A stretch of DNA of 63,422 bases, counting the filler, from Octopus bimaculoides (lineage: Eukaryota): NCBI RefSeq assembly GCF_001194135.2. It is 7 parts of 7 records of this genome, joined end to end, with 100 filler letters (N's around TTAATTAATTAA, not from the genome) between each part and the next. Parts side by side here need not be neighbours in the genome. Positions count along the whole stretch, not along the records: positions 16,623 to 43,118 come from NC_068985.1; positions 43,219 to 53,327 come from NC_069009.1; 5 more parts are not named here. One strand, given 5' to 3'. The position numbers and the translations under genes are program-made. The notes under the pieces were generated by a model that made no database searches, was not told where the DNA came from, and saw only the letters and a program-made list of their open reading frames with translations. Positions 39,816 to 51,159 of the stretch are shown here, in pieces (positions within the stretch are counted from its first letter, which is position 1; every line of letters starts with the position of its first letter).

Positions 39816-40029
39816 AGCAGAAACCCTTCTCTTTCAGGTTTAGAGCACCAAATGAACAAGCACAAGAAGTCGAGAATGGCTGCTGGAAACACAGGCTGCT
39901 GTTGGTCAAGGCAGGTCATCAGTGTAAGAGCTGGTTACCCCTTGTATGCGTGAATAAGTATCGGTTGACAATTGAAATTTTATTGCTTAATTTAACTTTC
40001 TAACTTATATTAGAGATAACTTTTTAAGT

Positions 40030-40265
40030 GGAAAACTGGCAGAAACATTAGCACATCAAGCAAAATGATTAGCAGTATTTCGTTTGTCTTTATGTTCTGA
40101 GTTCAAATTCTGCTGAGGTCGACTTTGCCTTTCATCCTTTCAGGGTCGATAAATTAAATACCAGTTGCATACTGGGTCGATCTAATCGACTTAATCCCTT
40201 TGTCTGTCCTTGTTTGTCCCCTCTATGTTTAGCCCCGCCCCCATTGTGGGCAATAAAGAAATAAA
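40030..40265 (+). mobile_element. SINE type B
   Basis: GTTCTGAGTTCAAATTCTGCTGAGGTCGACTTTGCCTTTCATCC; tail GGGCAATAAAGAAATA. Confidence 0.9.
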
Positions 40266-40437
40266 TATAACTTTCTAAACATACATTCTTCATGTTTTAC
40301 AGGAACGAGTTGAATTAACCTGATGGTGACTGTTTACAGCCAAATGGATGGTGGCGCTATTCAAATCTAAAAGTGACATCTTTCACACGACTACAGCCCG
40401 TAGCAGCTAACGGAGTGTGATCAACAGTGATTGCATA

Positions 40438-40473
<36 letters not shown>

Positions 40474-40547
40474 AATGATGTGTGCGTATGTGTGCATGCA
40501 TGTGTGTGTGCATGTGTATGTATGTGTATGTATGTGCATGTATGTGT

Positions 40548-40605
<58 letters not shown>

Positions 40606-40764
40606 ATGCATATGTTGAAAAATTGACATTTGAAGTGTAATATGAATTTTTTAATGTGAAATTTCTTGTAGCATTTCTGTAAGTTTTTCATTTCATTATT
40701 AAGTTTATTGATAGAGTCTAGACAGTGGTAAATAGTTTTAATGTTGAGAGCTACTCGCATAGTG

Positions 40765-40797
<33 letters not shown>

Positions 40798-40910
40798 TCA
40801 AAAACAGCAAATAGCATTCAGAATATTTTTAAAAATTTAAGAAAATCACCAAAAATATAAACTTACATTTTGACACGCACAAAACACAACACAAACACAA
40901 AGAGAAATAT

Positions 40911-40963
<53 letters not shown>

Positions 40964-41128
40964 GCACTGTACATGACACTTTTATGTTCTGACATATTCT
41001 TTAGAGATCTAAAAATTCCACCCAGGGCAGCCAAAGAAGAAAAAATGGTGTGGAAGAGTAACATAAAAGGAATGAAGAAGACGATAATGTAAAGTGCATA
41101 ATGAGCTTCATTATTGAATGTATGCGTT

Positions 41129-41162
<34 letters not shown>

Positions 41163-41569
41163 GCTTGAAGTGTGTATATATGTGTGAGAGTCTATGCATG
41201 TGTAAGTGTATATGTGTCTAGGTGTGTGTGAATGTTCATGTCCGAGATTAAAGGAAGTTAAAAACAGTTAAACCAATGAAAAATAAATATTTAAAAATAT
41301 ACACACACACATACACCTACACACACGCACTCACACAGTCGTGTGTGTTGTTTTGGTGTAGTTTGATCTCACTGGTTGATACCTTGAGCGAGTGACTTTT
41401 TTTCTTTAAGTTCAGATTGACCAATTCCACGTGAGTGTTTGCATCTTTGGCATGTCTTGAAATATGTGCAGTAATTCTAAACAAAGGCTGTTTACAATCC
41501 TCTTCATAAGCTTGCCTTGCCATTTTTGAGTTGTTTGTTGTTTGAAGGAAATATTACTTACCTTTAAAA

Positions 41570-42537
41570 CACTGTATGGATAGTGTATGGATCGACCTTC
41601 ACTGGAGGATACCTCAACTTCAACTCCCATCATCCATACAGCGTAAAGAGAGGGATTGCTCAGTGCCTAGAACATTGAGCAATGAATATAAGTATCGATC
41701 GTGATACCCACCACAAAGAAATGATCAAGCTCAGAAAGAATCTATTAAGCAACAACTACCCCAAAAACATACTGTCTATTCCAATTATGAAGAAAAGAGA
41801 GGATGAAATCAATAAACTGTGAAAGGCCTCTACGAAAATATACAAAAGATGACATCAGGACAGTATTCAAGAGTAATACAACACTTTGCAAATATTTCCT
41901 TTGGGTAAAACCACCAATAGAAGAGAATATGACCAAAAGCTGCGTGTACTCCATCCCATGCAGCTGTGGTAGGTTATACAAAGGTAAAACATGCCACACC
42001 CTCAAAATAAGGGTAGACAAAAATCACAAAGCTGTGACACGAGGAGATATTGATAAATCGGGTATAGCTGATCATGTATGGGGAAATGGAGACCACCTCC
42101 CCCTGAAGGATGAAGTTAGAATAATAGACAGAGAAGACCACTGGAAAACATGAAAACTAAAAGAAGCAGCACATATGCTAGGACACAACAACCTCCTAAG
42201 CAGGTTGAGTGCAGACATGAACAGCATATGGGAACCGGTATTAAGGAAGGATAGGAGAATATTAGATTTATAAGCCCTAAAAAATTCACTCCATAATTGC
42301 CCATGGGCATATGGCGTAGGGGTTAAGAGAGCGGGGTACAAACCCCAAGATTCCAAGTTCGATTCCAGGCAGTGACCTGAATTTAACATCAAAAAATACC
42401 GTAGGAATGAGAACCCAGGTTCGAAACTTCCCCAAGACACCTGATGAACGCTTGTGTTAACAACAAACAAGATGAGGACAAATACCCATCGAATTTAAAT
42501 AATGTACATAATTCCTCATCTCTTAAATATAGAACTA
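41570..42537 (+). mobile_element. Penelope-like element 3' part (RT thumb + GIY-YIG endonuclease + terminal repeat)
   Basis: TGGYLNFNSHHPYSVKRGI, NNYPK, VYSIPCSCGRLYKGKT...SGIADHVW...LKEAAHM; stop at 42271-42273; then tRNA-like block (42305-42378) and an HHR with stem II deleted. Confidence 0.9.
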
Positions 42538-42583
42538 TATATATATATGAATGTATTCATATATACATTAGTATATATAAATA

Positions 42584-42620
<37 letters not shown>

Positions 42621-42894
42621 ACACACACACTCACACACACACTCACACACACACACTCTCATACATATATATACATGATGGCCATGCACTGAGCTGATCC
42701 CACTCTCTGAACAGTGTATGTGTTTGGCCAAAATGAAGAACTAGTCCATATCACTGGATGCAAATAATGTCACAGCTCAAATATCAGGGTTTTTCATCTC
42801 TTAGAGAGATAGCCATATTCAGACTAGGAGTCTCTCGCTCCTCGCCATCCGATAGCCATTGATCTTACTCAGTTGTCTACCCTTTGATAGGGCT

Positions 42895-43118
42895 TGATTT
42901 TCGTCCTACGGGAGCCAGTCAGGCGGTACTGGCAACGGCCACGCTCAAAATGGTGCATCTCATGTGCCACCCGCACAAAGCCAGTCCAGTGGCACTGGCA
43001 ACGATCTTACTTGGCTTGCCGGGTCTTCTCACGCACAGCACATTTCCAAAGGTCTCGGTCAGTAGTCATCGCCTCGGTGAGGCCCAATGTACGAAGGTCT
43101 TGCCTCACCACCTCAGCC
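42895..43118 (-). mobile_element. RTE ORF end / 3' UTR fragment
   Basis: GCCAGTCAGGCGGTACTGGCAACGG and CCTCGGTGAGGCCCAATGT blocks shared with 16623-16780 and 61600-61800. Confidence 0.85.
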
Positions 43119-43517
43119 NNNNNNNNNNNNNNNNNNNNNNNNNNNNNNNNNNNNNNNNNNNNTTAATTAATTAANNNNNNNNNNNNNNNNNNNNNNNNNN
43201 NNNNNNNNNNNNNNNNNNTTTCAGGGTTATTTCCCTTCGTCGGCGTTCGACAGCTGATGACCTTGGTGAGAGAGACAAAAACCTGGCAAACCTTATATCT
43301 TCTTTTCCAGTGAAATTCTTCACTGATATTGAAAAGGTGAAAACAAGCAATGTTAATTCTCTAAATGAAGTATTAACAGTAACTGCACGATAAAGTGTAG
43401 TATATTGCCACTTAAGTGTGGCTGACCCCTAGGGGTGGATGTTACTGTTGCTTTTAGCCCCAGGAGGACATCTCCTCCAGCTGGCTTATCGACACACTAC
43501 TGTGTCCTGTTTATATA

Positions 43518-43837
43518 TAGGAGTGGCTGTGTGGTAAGTAGCTAAGCTTACCAACCACATGGTTCTGGAGTCAGTCCCACTGCATGGGATCTTGGGCAAG
43601 TGTCTTCTACTCTAGCCCTGGGCTGAGAAAAGCTTTGTGAGTGGATTTGGTAGACAGAACCTTAAAGAAGCCCATAGTGTGTGTGTGTGTGTGTGTGTAT
43701 GTGTGTGTGAGTGTGTATATATGTGTGTGCATATACATACAGATGAGTAGGTGTCTTTGTGGCTGTACCTCACTATTGCTTGACAACAGGTGTTTGTTTA
43801 TTTACATCCCCACAACTTGGTGGTTCAACAAACAGAC
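43518..43837 (+). mobile_element. SINE type A, 3'-truncated
   Basis: GAGTGGCTGTGTGGTAAGTAGC head, internal (TG)n, GCTTGACAAC. Confidence 0.85.
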
Positions 43838-43869
43838 ATGTGTAACCCTAACCTAGTCCTTAGGGAGAT

Positions 43870-44043
43870 TCAGTGTGACAAGGCCGGCCCCTTTGAAATA
43901 CAACTCATTTTTGCCAGCTGAGTGGACTGGAGCAACGTGAAGTAAAGTGTCTTGCTCAAGGACACAATGCGTCGCTGGGAATTGAACTCACTACTTTAGG
44001 ATCTTGAGCCGAATGCCCTAACCACTAAGCCACGTGCCTTCAC
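43870..44043 (-). mobile_element. tRNA-derived SINE type C
   Basis: Minus strand: GTGGCTTAGTGGTTAGGGCATTCGGC...GAGTTCAATTCCC...GTGTCCTTGAGCAAGACACTTTAC...CCACTCAGCTGG. Confidence 0.85.
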
Positions 44044-44468
44044 ATATGAATACCTACACATGTACATATGCACACACACACATATACACACGCGTGTGTG
44101 CTTGTATGTATTTATGTATGTAGATGTATGTGCCATGTGTGTATGTGTATGCATATGTGTGTGTGTGTGTGTGTGTGTGGTGAGTCAGTAATCTGTTGCT
44201 ACGGTTGTGAGCTGCTCCACTAAATTACTTCCTATGGATCCTCAGTGATTGTACATAGTTTTATGGGACATGTATATTGGATGGCTCTAGATTAAAACTG
44301 CATGGACATGTGGAGGAAGAGAGGGTGCCTGTGCAAAACTACATGTACACATATAATACACTCACATGCATACACACACACACATATATGAAAATATAAA
44401 TAAATGTATGCACACCTATACACACACATATATATATATATATATATATTATATACATACACATACAT

Positions 44469-44513
<45 letters not shown>

Positions 44514-45469
44514 TACACACATAAACATGTCTGTATAGATATATACACACATGTATATATATATANNNNNNNNNNNNNNNNNNNNNNNNNNNNNNNNNNN
44601 NNNNNNNNNNNNNNNNNNNNNNNNNNNNNNNNNNNNNNNNNNNNNNNNNNNNNNNNNNNNNNNNNNNNNNNNNNNNNNNNNNNNNNNNNNNNNNNNNNNN
44701 NNNNNNNNNNNNNNNNNNNNNNNNNNNNNNNNNNNNNNNNNNNNNNNNNNNNNNNNNNNNNNNNNNNNNNNNNNNNNNNNNNNNNNNNNNNNNNNNNNNN
44801 NNNNNNNNNNNNNNNNNNNNNNNNNNNNNNNNNNNNNNNNNNNNNNNNNNNNNNNNNNNNNNNNNNNNNNNNNNNNNNNNNNNNNNNNNNNNNNNNNNNN
44901 NNNNNNNNNNNNNNNNNNNNNNNNNNNNNGACAACGACCACCACCACCACCACCACTACCACCACCACCACCACTACCACCACCTCCACTACCACCACCA
45001 CTACCACCACCTCCACTACCACCACCACCACCACCACCTCCTTCTCCTATAACCTTAACTGCAGCATCACTACCATTAGGTGTACTACTATTTGCTGTGT
45101 TAAATTGGTAGAGGTGGTTTAATGGAATTGGTGAAAGTAGGGTGGTGGTGATGGTATTGGTGGTAGTTGTTCATGATGGTAGTGGTGGTGATGATGGCGG
45201 TGGTGGTTGGGATGAATGATGATGGTGGGAATAGTAATGGTGGTAGTGGCGGTAGTAATAGTGGTGGTGGTGACATTCATTGTGATGTTGATGGCGATGG
45301 TTGTGGCTGTAGTTGGGTCAGTGGTGGAGTTGTGATGGTGTTGGCACTTACTGGTTGTTGTTGTGATGATGATGTTATTGATGTCCTTGTGGTGGTAATG
45401 TCATCAAGGAGTTATCTTGGGTAGAAGAAAACTGAAAGAAGCCCATCATATATGTATATATATTGCATT

Positions 45470-45724
45470 TGTATTTGTGTACCGTTTCTCCGTTTTTTTT
45501 CTTTCCGTCCTTGTTTTTGTATACATTCGCTGCTTTCTTCCAAGAAATCTAATGCTCTTAGCTTAGTTTTCTTCAGGGCTGGCCAGACTGGAGCAATCTC
45601 GAGTATAACCAGCCGAAATTGCAAAGATAATCTGGAACTTGACTGAGGAAAGAAAACTCCAAATGATCCATCCTTGTTTTCTTTGTATCACCTGTCTGGA
45701 TGTTTTGCGTTCTTGTCCCATTTT

Positions 45725-45730
<6 letters not shown>
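45470..45730 (+). mobile_element. Probable PLE terminal-repeat fragment
   Basis: GGCTGG...CCAGCC GAAA stem and a pyrimidine-rich tail ending at (TA)n, like other PLE relics here; no HHR core. Confidence 0.35.
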
Positions 45731-45761
<31 letters not shown>

Positions 45762-45762
<1 letters not shown>

Positions 45763-45990
45763 CACCATCATCATTGTCATTTAACGTCCGCTTTCCTTGC
45801 TAGCATGGGTTGGATGATTTGACTGAGGACTGGTGAACCAGATGGCTGCACCAGGCTCTAATCTGATCTGGCAGAGTTTCTACAGCTGGATGCCCTTCCT
45901 AATGCCAACCACTCTGAGAGTGTAGTGGGTGCTTTTACATGCTACGAGCATGAGGGCCAGTCCGGCGGTACTGGCAAGGGCCATGTACAT
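45762..45990 (-). mobile_element. RTE 3' UTR fragment
   Basis: TTTAACGTCCGCTTTCCTTGCTAGCATGGGTTGG... Confidence 0.9.
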
Positions 45991-46030
45991 ATATCTATGT
46001 GTGTGTCTGTGCTTGCTATTTTTAACAGTT

Positions 46031-46833
46031 TTAGCTATCATATAGAGGTCTCCCTCACTGGTTCATACATTTATAGACAAGACATTAGGGTAATGTGAGA
46101 AAGATTTGGCTGCTATTTCTAGCAGATCTAGCTACTATGTAAAGGTCTCCCTTATTGGCTCATACTATTTTACTCTTTTACTTGTTTCAGTCATTTGACT
46201 GCGGCCATGCTGGAGCACCACCTTTAGTCAAACAAATCGACCCCAGGACTTATTCTTTGGAAGCCTAGTACTTATTCTATCGGTCTCTTTTGCTGAACTG
46301 CTAAGTTACAGGGACGTAAACACACCAGCATCGGTTGTCAAGCGATATTGGGGGGACAAACACAGATACACAAGCATACACACATATATACATATACATA
46401 TATACGATAGGCTTCTTTCAGTTTCCGTCTACCAAATCCACTCACAAGGCTTTGGTCGGCCCGAGGCTATAGTAGAAGACACTTGCTCAAGGTGCCACGC
46501 AGTGGGGCTGAACCCGGAACCATGTGGTTGATAAGAAAGCTACTTACCACACAGCCAAAAGACAATAGGATGTGATTTGAGGGAGATTTAGCTGCTATTT
46601 GTACCAAGTCTAGCTACCATGAAGAGGTCTCTCTTTCACTGGCTCATAGACACATGACAGTGAGGTGAAATTTAGCTGCTATTTCTACCAGTCCTAGCTA
46701 CCATGTAGGGGTCTCCTTTATTGTTTCCTGCTTAGATATATAGATACACAAAACAGTAGGATATCATTTGAGGGAGATTTGGCTGCTATTTGTAACAGAT
46801 CAAGCTACCAGGTAGAGGTCTCCCTCATTGGTT

Positions 46834-46869
<36 letters not shown>

Positions 46870-47415
46870 CATAAGACAAGCGGGTGAGATTTGGCTGCTA
46901 TTTCTAGCAAGCTGAGTAACCACTTGGTAGAAGAAATAATCCTGTTGTTGTTGGTGTTGGAGGTGGTAGGGAGGGGATGGCTCTTTGCCCACCCCCCACC
47001 TCTCTCCTAATCTCTTTATTACTACATTTATCATTCTGAACCAATTAACCTGTCTTCAGAGAGACACACAGACAAGCAAGGAGATAAAAAAAACAAAACA
47101 AAAACAAAAACAAAAGGAAAATATCAAAGAACAGAAACAGTAAACAACTGACATGAATAAGGGAACAAGACCTGGTAGAAATAGCAGCCAAACATCCTTC
47201 AAATCACACCCTACCGTCTTGTCTGTATATATGTATGTATGAACCACTGAGGGAGATCTCTACATGGTAGCTAGACCTGCTAGAAATAGCAGCCAAATCT
47301 CCCTTAAATCACAAACAGTATTATGTATGCATGAGTATATGAGGGAGACCTCTACATGGTACCTGGACCTGTTAGAAATAGAAGCTAAATCTCCCTCAAA
47401 TCACACCCTACAGTC
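46031..47415. repeat. Cluster of nine copies of an ~85-nt structured repeat (6 minus, 3 plus)
   Basis: Consensus GARCCAAT GAGGGAG ACC TCTACAT GGT AGCTAGAC CTGCTA GAAA TAGCAG CCAAAT CTCCCTC AAATCACACCC. Confidence 0.9.
46171..46556 (-). mobile_element. Full-length, little-diverged SINE type A
   Basis: Complete head (GGCTGTGTGGTAAGTAGC...GGTTCAGCCCC), internal microsatellite, tail GACTGAAACAAGTAAAAGAGTA. Confidence 0.95.
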
Positions 47416-47481
47416 TTTGTGTGTGTGTGAGTGTGTGTGTGTGTGTGTGTATATGTATGTGGGTGTATTTATATTTATGTA

Positions 47482-47700
47482 TACTCTTTACTCTTTTACT
47501 TGTTTTAGTCATTTGACTGCAGCCATGCTGGAGCACCGCCGTTAGTGGAGCAAATCGACTCCAGGACTTATTCTTTGTAAGCCTAGTACTTATTCTATCG
47601 GTCTCTTTTGCCGAACTGCTAAGTTACGGAGACGTAAACACACCAGCATCAGTTGTCAAGCAAAGTTGTGGGGGACAAACACAGACACACAAACATATAC
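47482..47700 (-). mobile_element. SINE type A 3' half
   Basis: Near-identical to 46171-46375; interrupted by (TA)n and a gap. Confidence 0.9.
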
Positions 47701-47704
47701 ACAC

Positions 47705-47747
<43 letters not shown>

Positions 47748-48104
47748 NNNNNNNNNNNNNNNNNNNNNNNNNNNNNNNNNNNNNNNNNNNNNNNNNNNNN
47801 NNNNNNNNNNNNNNNNNNNNNNNNNNNNNNNNNNNNNNNNNNNNNNNNNNNNNNNNNNNNNNNNNNNNNNNNNNNNNNNNNNNNNNNNNNNNNNNNNNNN
47901 NNNNNNNNNNNNNNNNNNNNNNNNNNNNNNNNNNNNNNNNNNNNNNNNNNNNNNNNNNNNNNNNNNNNNNNNNNNNNNNNNNNNNNNNNNNNNNNNNNNN
48001 NNNNNNNNNNNNNNNNNNNNNNNNNNNNNNNNNNNNNNNNNNNNNNNNNNNNNNNNNNNNNNNNNNNNNNNNNNNNNNNNNNNNNNNNNNNNNNNNNNNN
48101 NNNN

Positions 48105-48363
48105 GAGTGAAATAAAGTGTTGTGCTGAAGAACACAATGTGTTGCCTGGTCCAGGAATTGAAACCACAATCTTACAATCATGAGTCCAACACCCTAACCA
48201 CTAAGCCATGCACCTTCACATCCAGGCATTGAAGAGAGTCTGTTTCTGGAGTGAAATAAAGTGTTGTGCTGAAGAACACAATGTGTTGCCTGGTCCAGGA
48301 ATTGAAACCACAATCTTACAATCATGAATCCAACACCCCGACTACTTAGCCACATGCCTCCAC
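48105..48363 (-). mobile_element. Tandem pair (144-bp period) of SINE type C heads
   Basis: GAGTGAAATAAAGTGTTGTGCTGAAG at 48105 and 48249. Confidence 0.85.
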
Positions 48364-48489
48364 CCATCAGGTGTATTATTGGTGAATTTCAGGAAGCATG
48401 AAAGCTTTGAAGGATGTTGTGTCTCGACGGCTAACAACAAATGCAGGTAGTTTATTCTATGCTCCAGCTTTTCTGAACACAGAATGCAA

Positions 48490-49139
48490 TTACACTGACC
48501 CCAGAATATGACTGGTACTCATTTTATTGACCCTGGAAGGACGAATGGCAAAACTGATCTCAGTGAAATTTGAACTCAGAACGTAAAGACAAGCAAAATG
48601 CTGCTAAGCATTTTGTCTGGCATTGTCCCTGGCTCTGTTAGTTTGCCGCCTTCGTAACAACTGTAATAAACCTTTCCTCATTTTGGCACAAAGCCAGCAA
48701 TTTTGAGGGGATGGGAAAGCCAGTTACATTGACAGTGCTTAACTGGCATTTATTTCATTGACCCCAAAAGGGTAAAAGTCAAAGCTGACCTCAGTGGGAT
48801 TTGAACTCAGAAACATAAAGGCAGGTGAAACGCTGCTGCAAAGCATTTTGCCCAAAGTGTTAATGATTCTGCCAGCTCCCTGCCTTGCATAATGATAATC
48901 CTTTTTACTAAAGGCACAGGGCCTGAAACCTTTTTTTGGGGGTGGTGGAAGGAACTGGTCAATTACATCAACCCCAGTGTTTCACTGGTACTTATTTTAC
49001 CCCAAAAGGATGAGAGGCAAAGTTGACTTTGGCGGGATTTGAACTCAGAACATAAAGATGGACAAAATAATTGGTAGTATTTTGTTTGGCATGCTAACGA
49101 TTCTGCCAGCTTGCTACCTTAATAATAATAATAATAAAG

Positions 49140-49183
<44 letters not shown>

Positions 49184-49407
49184 CTATTTCTTTATTGCCT
49201 ACAGGGGGCTAAACATAGAGGGGACAAACAAGGACAGACAAAGGGTTTAAGTCGATTACATCGACCCCAGTGCGTAACTGGTACTTATTTAATCGACCCC
49301 GAAAGGATGAAAGGGAAATCGATCTTGGTGGAATTTGAACTCAGAACATAACGGCAGATGAACTACCGCTAAGCTTTGCGCCCGGCGTGCTAACGATTCT
49401 GCCAGCT
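48490..49407 (-). mobile_element. Four head-to-tail SINE type B copies
   Basis: TTTGAACTCAGAA(A)C at about 48570, 48800, 49040 and 49335. Confidence 0.9.
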
Positions 49408-49842
49408 TATAACAGCAGTTATAATGACAATAAGAAAGACGAAAATATTATGAAGTAGTATGAGCAACAATAACAACAACAATGAGAACAACAACACAAA
49501 ATTCAATAAAGAAAGTAAGAAATTAGTATTAACAATCACAACAACAGCATCAACATTAGCCACCTCCCCTCCTTGTCTTCCTATCCTAAAGAAAAGACAT
49601 TGGAAACGGAAAATAAAATGGAAAACATGCAAGAAAATATGTTCTAAAAATTTGAAGAAATTTTGGACAGGAAAAGTGAAATCTTCCGAAGCAAGAATAT
49701 AAACAGAATTAATAATGGTTGGAATTTTTTGATTGAAGTATTAAAGTAATGCTTATGTTCTCTCTCTCTCTGTGTTTTTCTGTGACTGTAGAATATATAT
49801 ATAGATATATATATACACATACAAACATACATATATACATAC

Positions 49843-49917
<75 letters not shown>

Positions 49918-50544
49918 CATATGTATATATATACATACATATATATATATGTATGTATATGTATATATATGTATGTGTATATATATATGTATATATATAT
50001 GTATATATGGAGAGAGACAGGGAGAGTGAGGGATATGGAAAGATAGTCAGAGAGTAGCAGAGAAAGAGAGAGGTAGACAGACAGAGTGAGTGAGTGACAG
50101 AGTAGAGACAAGGAGTGAGAGATACAGAAAGAGAGAGAGACAGGCAGAGAAAATGAAAGAGAGAAAGAGAGAGAGAGAAACAGATAGAGGGTGAGAGAAA
50201 GAGGGAGGGACAGGGAGAAGGAGGGATAAAGAATATTTAATTTATAATCCTATTAAAAGTCATTAATTTAAACTACAAAAAAGTTTCCATAAACGAAGAG
50301 ACTAACCTCCCCTTCTCTTTACCTTCACTCCACCTCACTCCTACCAACCGTTTGCAACACCTTGATTGGGTGGTTAACAGGTTCATTTTGTAATTATGAA
50401 ATGGTGTGTGTTCTAGGGGTTTTGGGTTCGATTCTTACTGAATGCCACAGTGTAACTTGGTGTGGTGTGACTGGAATGAGATGATTTGGCATGGTTGGAT
50501 TGGCTGGACACTCAACCTGTTTTAGTGACAGTAATTTCAGACAC

Positions 50545-50909
50545 CAGACTCAAGCATGGCTGTGTGGTAAGAAGTTCTAGGTTCAGTCCCACTGTGTGGC
50601 ACCTTGGGCAAGTGTCTTCTATTACAGGCTTCAGACAACTAAAGCCCAGTGAATGAATTTGGTGTGGTTGTTTGCATGTGGCCTGGACGATTCTACACAA
50701 CTGACTGTACTGGATTCTCAACCTGTTTTGGTAACAGTATTTTTAAACACCAGACTCACGCATGGCTGTGTGGTAAGAAGTCTGCTTCCCAACCACATGG
50801 TTCCGGGTTCAGTCCCACTGCGTGGCACCTTAGGCAAGTGTTTACTAATATAGCCTCAGGCCAACCAAAGCCTTGTGAGTGGATTTGGTAGACGGAAACT
50901 GAAAGAAGC
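50545..50909 (+). mobile_element. Two SINE type A heads from an old tandem duplication
   Basis: CACCAGACTCA(A/C)GCATGGCTGTGTGGTAAGAAG twice, each with the same upstream flank. Confidence 0.8.
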
Positions 50910-51150
50910 GAGGGCGGTGAGCTGGCAGAATCGTTAGTATGCCGGGCGAAATGCTTAGCAGTATTTCATCTGCTGTTACGTTCTGAGTTCAAATTCCGTC
51001 GAGGTCGACTTTGCCTTTCATCCTTTCGGGGGTCGATAAATTAAGTACCAGTTACACACTGGGGTCGATGTAATCGACTTAATCCCTTTGTCTGTCCTTG
51101 TTTGTCGCCTCTATGTTTAGCCCCTTGTGGGGCAATAAAGAAACAAGAAA
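50910..51150 (+). mobile_element. Full-length, little-diverged SINE type B
   Basis: GAGGGCGGTGAGCTGGCAGAATCGTTAG (A box), GAGTTCAAATTCC (B box), conserved central block, tail GCAATAAAGAAA. Confidence 0.95.
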
Positions 51151-51159
51151 CTGAAAAAA

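Noticed and set aside
43250-43290. Hammerhead at CTGATGACC
   Set aside because: No closing stem II or GAAA.
44931-45400. (ACC)n...(GGT)n inverted tract as a structured element
   Set aside because: Two imperfect microsatellites of a very common class; complementarity is expected by chance.
45555-45625. Hammerhead on either strand around GGCTGG/CCAGCC
   Set aside because: The plus strand lacks CUGANGA; the minus strand has CTGAAGA but no valid stem II or III.
46031-47415. CRISPR array
   Set aside because: Eukaryotic context, no cas genes, degenerate repeats, irregular spacing and mixed orientation.
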